Shown here: in pieces, positions 62,174-64,000 of the stretch
Position numbering within the stretch: position 1 is the first letter of the stretch
How the letters are laid out: the number at the start of each line of letters is the position of its first letter
Origin: Marsupella aquatica
Lineage: Eukaryota; Plantae; Marchantiophyta
Length of the DNA stretch: 64,000 nucleotides
Assembly (NCBI GenBank): GCA_973895155.1
Contig: OZ316898.1
Span: 14,166,330-14,230,329, forward strand
Direction: 5' to 3'
The notes under the pieces: generated by a model
The model's database searches: none
What the model saw: only the letters and a program-made list of their open reading frames with translations
What the model was told of the DNA's origin: nothing
Made by a program: the position numbers and the translations under genes

Positions 62174-63294
62174 ACAGTAATGAAGCATGTAGTTTAGCAT
62201 ACAGTTTAAAAGGCAACTCAGAATAGTAGTAGCCAGAGAACTCAAGTTTAGACAAGTCTTATCGTCTAAGTTAGTTAGTTGGTTAGTTTATTTAAGATAT
62301 AATATTAGTTAGTGGGGCCTTAGTTTGGTGATATTAAGGCATGATATTATTGACATTCAAATGAATGTCCAGTAGACATTGTAATATACAACAATCATAT
62401 TAATTGTTGTAAAGGGTGGTCAATCTTTTTTGTATTCAACCCTATAGTAATTAAATAGACAATTGAAACAATGAATGACAGTTTAATTAAGGATTTGTGC
62501 ATGGATCAAGAGGTACTTGATGTCATTTAGTGATGCATTGTTATAAAGATCTTGCAACAAAACATTTGAAGTTTTTGACTATCCCACCAAATGTTAAAGA
62601 GGTTGATCATTCATTAACTTATAATATTTAGATAAAATGAGAATTAATCTAATACTTTAGTATTCCTTAAATTGGGGTTATAGTGTTCGTTTTAATTGTT
62701 GGGCCGCTTTAAAGAACAATAGGCATTTATTAAATGGGATATATTCCACAGAAGATGTCCATATAAGTTAGGTTTGCTCGCATTAGTCAGTATATACCCT
62801 CCCTTTATACATGTCTTCCCTCTAGATTTTAAATATAAGATGTGAGACTCAACGGAATGGTGAACTACAATTCAGTTCTGTTGCTTCTTTGTATGCTTGC
62901 TCATCCTATTGATGGTGTTCATCGCATTATATATTTGACTCTGACCCTGGGGCATTGTTCTTTTTATACGCAGGCTAGTACTCAATGGAATGAAAACAAT
63001 TCACCTCTGATAAGAGCTATGTGCTCCATATTATGAATTTGCATTGATACTTTTGCTTTGTTCATGTTTGATCACAGGGTCAGCAGACGGCCAGCCCGGC
63101 ATGGGCCCCGACCCAGGAGTTCACCTTTCAAGGGAGTTACACACTATAAGAGGACAGGGAGATGGGAAGCACACATTTGGTGAGATGTGGTTCAAACTTT
63201 CGTAAAAAATGGTTCTAACTGATGCTAAAATCGTCAGCATAAGACTGAGTTTTGTAAGCAATGTTTTACTTCGATCACTTAAAGAGCTTGCTCT

Positions 63295-63508
63295 ACTATT
63301 TTATTGAGAATGACACGGCAGCCTTACCGTCTTCTAGTCTTTCGTTATAGTAGCGTAGTAATCTAGATCTTAGCTAGACATCAATCAGGTCATCACTTGC
63401 TCGACTATTTTATTGAGAATGACACTGCAACCTTATCGTCTTCCGGTCTTTCGTTATAGTAGCGTTGTACTCTAGATCTTAGCCAGAAATCGATCAGGTC
63501 ATCACTTC
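63295..63508 (+). repeat. ~110-bp tandem duplication
   Basis: ACTATTTTATTGAGAATGACAC...ATCAGGTCATCACTT twice. Confidence 0.85.
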
Positions 63509-64000
63509 TGCAACATATTCTTAAAATCTTAAAGTTCATGTTCCCCATTTGGGACTTAAAGTTACGTTCTTTCTTGCTGTCAGTAGTTTTTCTCTACCAT
63601 AATCACCCACTTTGTTTAACTCCTCGATCATTGAACAGTTATGCTTCATGAGTGTCATAGATCATTAATTTTCTTGTATGAGGTAGGTCTAAACAGATTT
63701 TCCGCGGATCCCCTCTTTCGATAAGTCCTCGCCTGTACCCAACTCATCTATTATATATCTCTACCGGGCTAGTTAACTACACATCCATTTTGTTGAACAT
63801 ATTCTTGATACGATGTAAAGACAACGGCTCTTTGGTTTTCCTCTACAATCTTCTACAAGCCTTTGACATATGCATCATCAATCTTTGCAGGGTCAACAGA
63901 AAACAAATATATCTAGGTACGCGTACACATATATGTATTCTGTGAAGTCATTTAAGAGGCTAGGCTCGAAGTACATTTCAGGTTTATCAGTCGTTTTTCC

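Larger units (their letters stand above)
42889..62679 (+). mobile_element. Giant (19.8 kb) Sola-like DNA transposon with a multi-domain cargo cassette
   Basis: Perfect 17-bp TIR AACCCCAATTTAAGGAA; 4-bp TSD ACAG/ATAG; it interrupts a MITE whose halves rejoin; DDD transposase at the right end. Confidence 0.85.

Noticed and set aside
63990-64000. Window-end TCGTTTTTCC as the partner TIR of GGAAAACCGA at 42902
   Set aside because: It is only a 9/10 match. A perfect 17-bp TIR with TSD and rejoining flanks exists at 62663-62679.

Overview
Eukaryotic genomic DNA from a land plant, probably a non-seed plant (GT-AG introns, TTTAGGG telo-boxes, plant-type FIP37). About two thirds is nested DNA transposons. 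There are two host genes: a 12-exon FIP37/WTAP m6A-writer subunit (minus strand, 11822-16236) and a two-exon Lys/Pro/Glu-repeat protein with a C-terminal coiled coil (plus strand, 25158-26578). The main result is a ~19.8-kb Sola-like DNA transposon (42889-62679; 17-bp perfect TIRs, 4-bp TSD). Divergently from its DDD transposase it carries a large intron-linked cargo cassette: 3 F-box-like domains, a ParB/Srx-like domain, coiled-coil repeats, a Ulp1/C48 SUMO-type protease and 3 FCP1-like HAD domains. A CpG-rich palindrome (~CACGCGACyrGTCGCGTCA) sits in most cargo introns and in tandem arrays, which suggests a self-targeted anti-silencing system. The second result is a 9.2-kb element (30351-39516; 8-bp TSD) encoding a P-element-like DDE transposase plus an EDM2/NSD-type composite PHD finger. 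It shares its ends with many 8-bp-TSD MITEs in the window. CACTA elements and other degraded repeats fill the rest. All family assignments come from motif recognition by eye; no database search was run.
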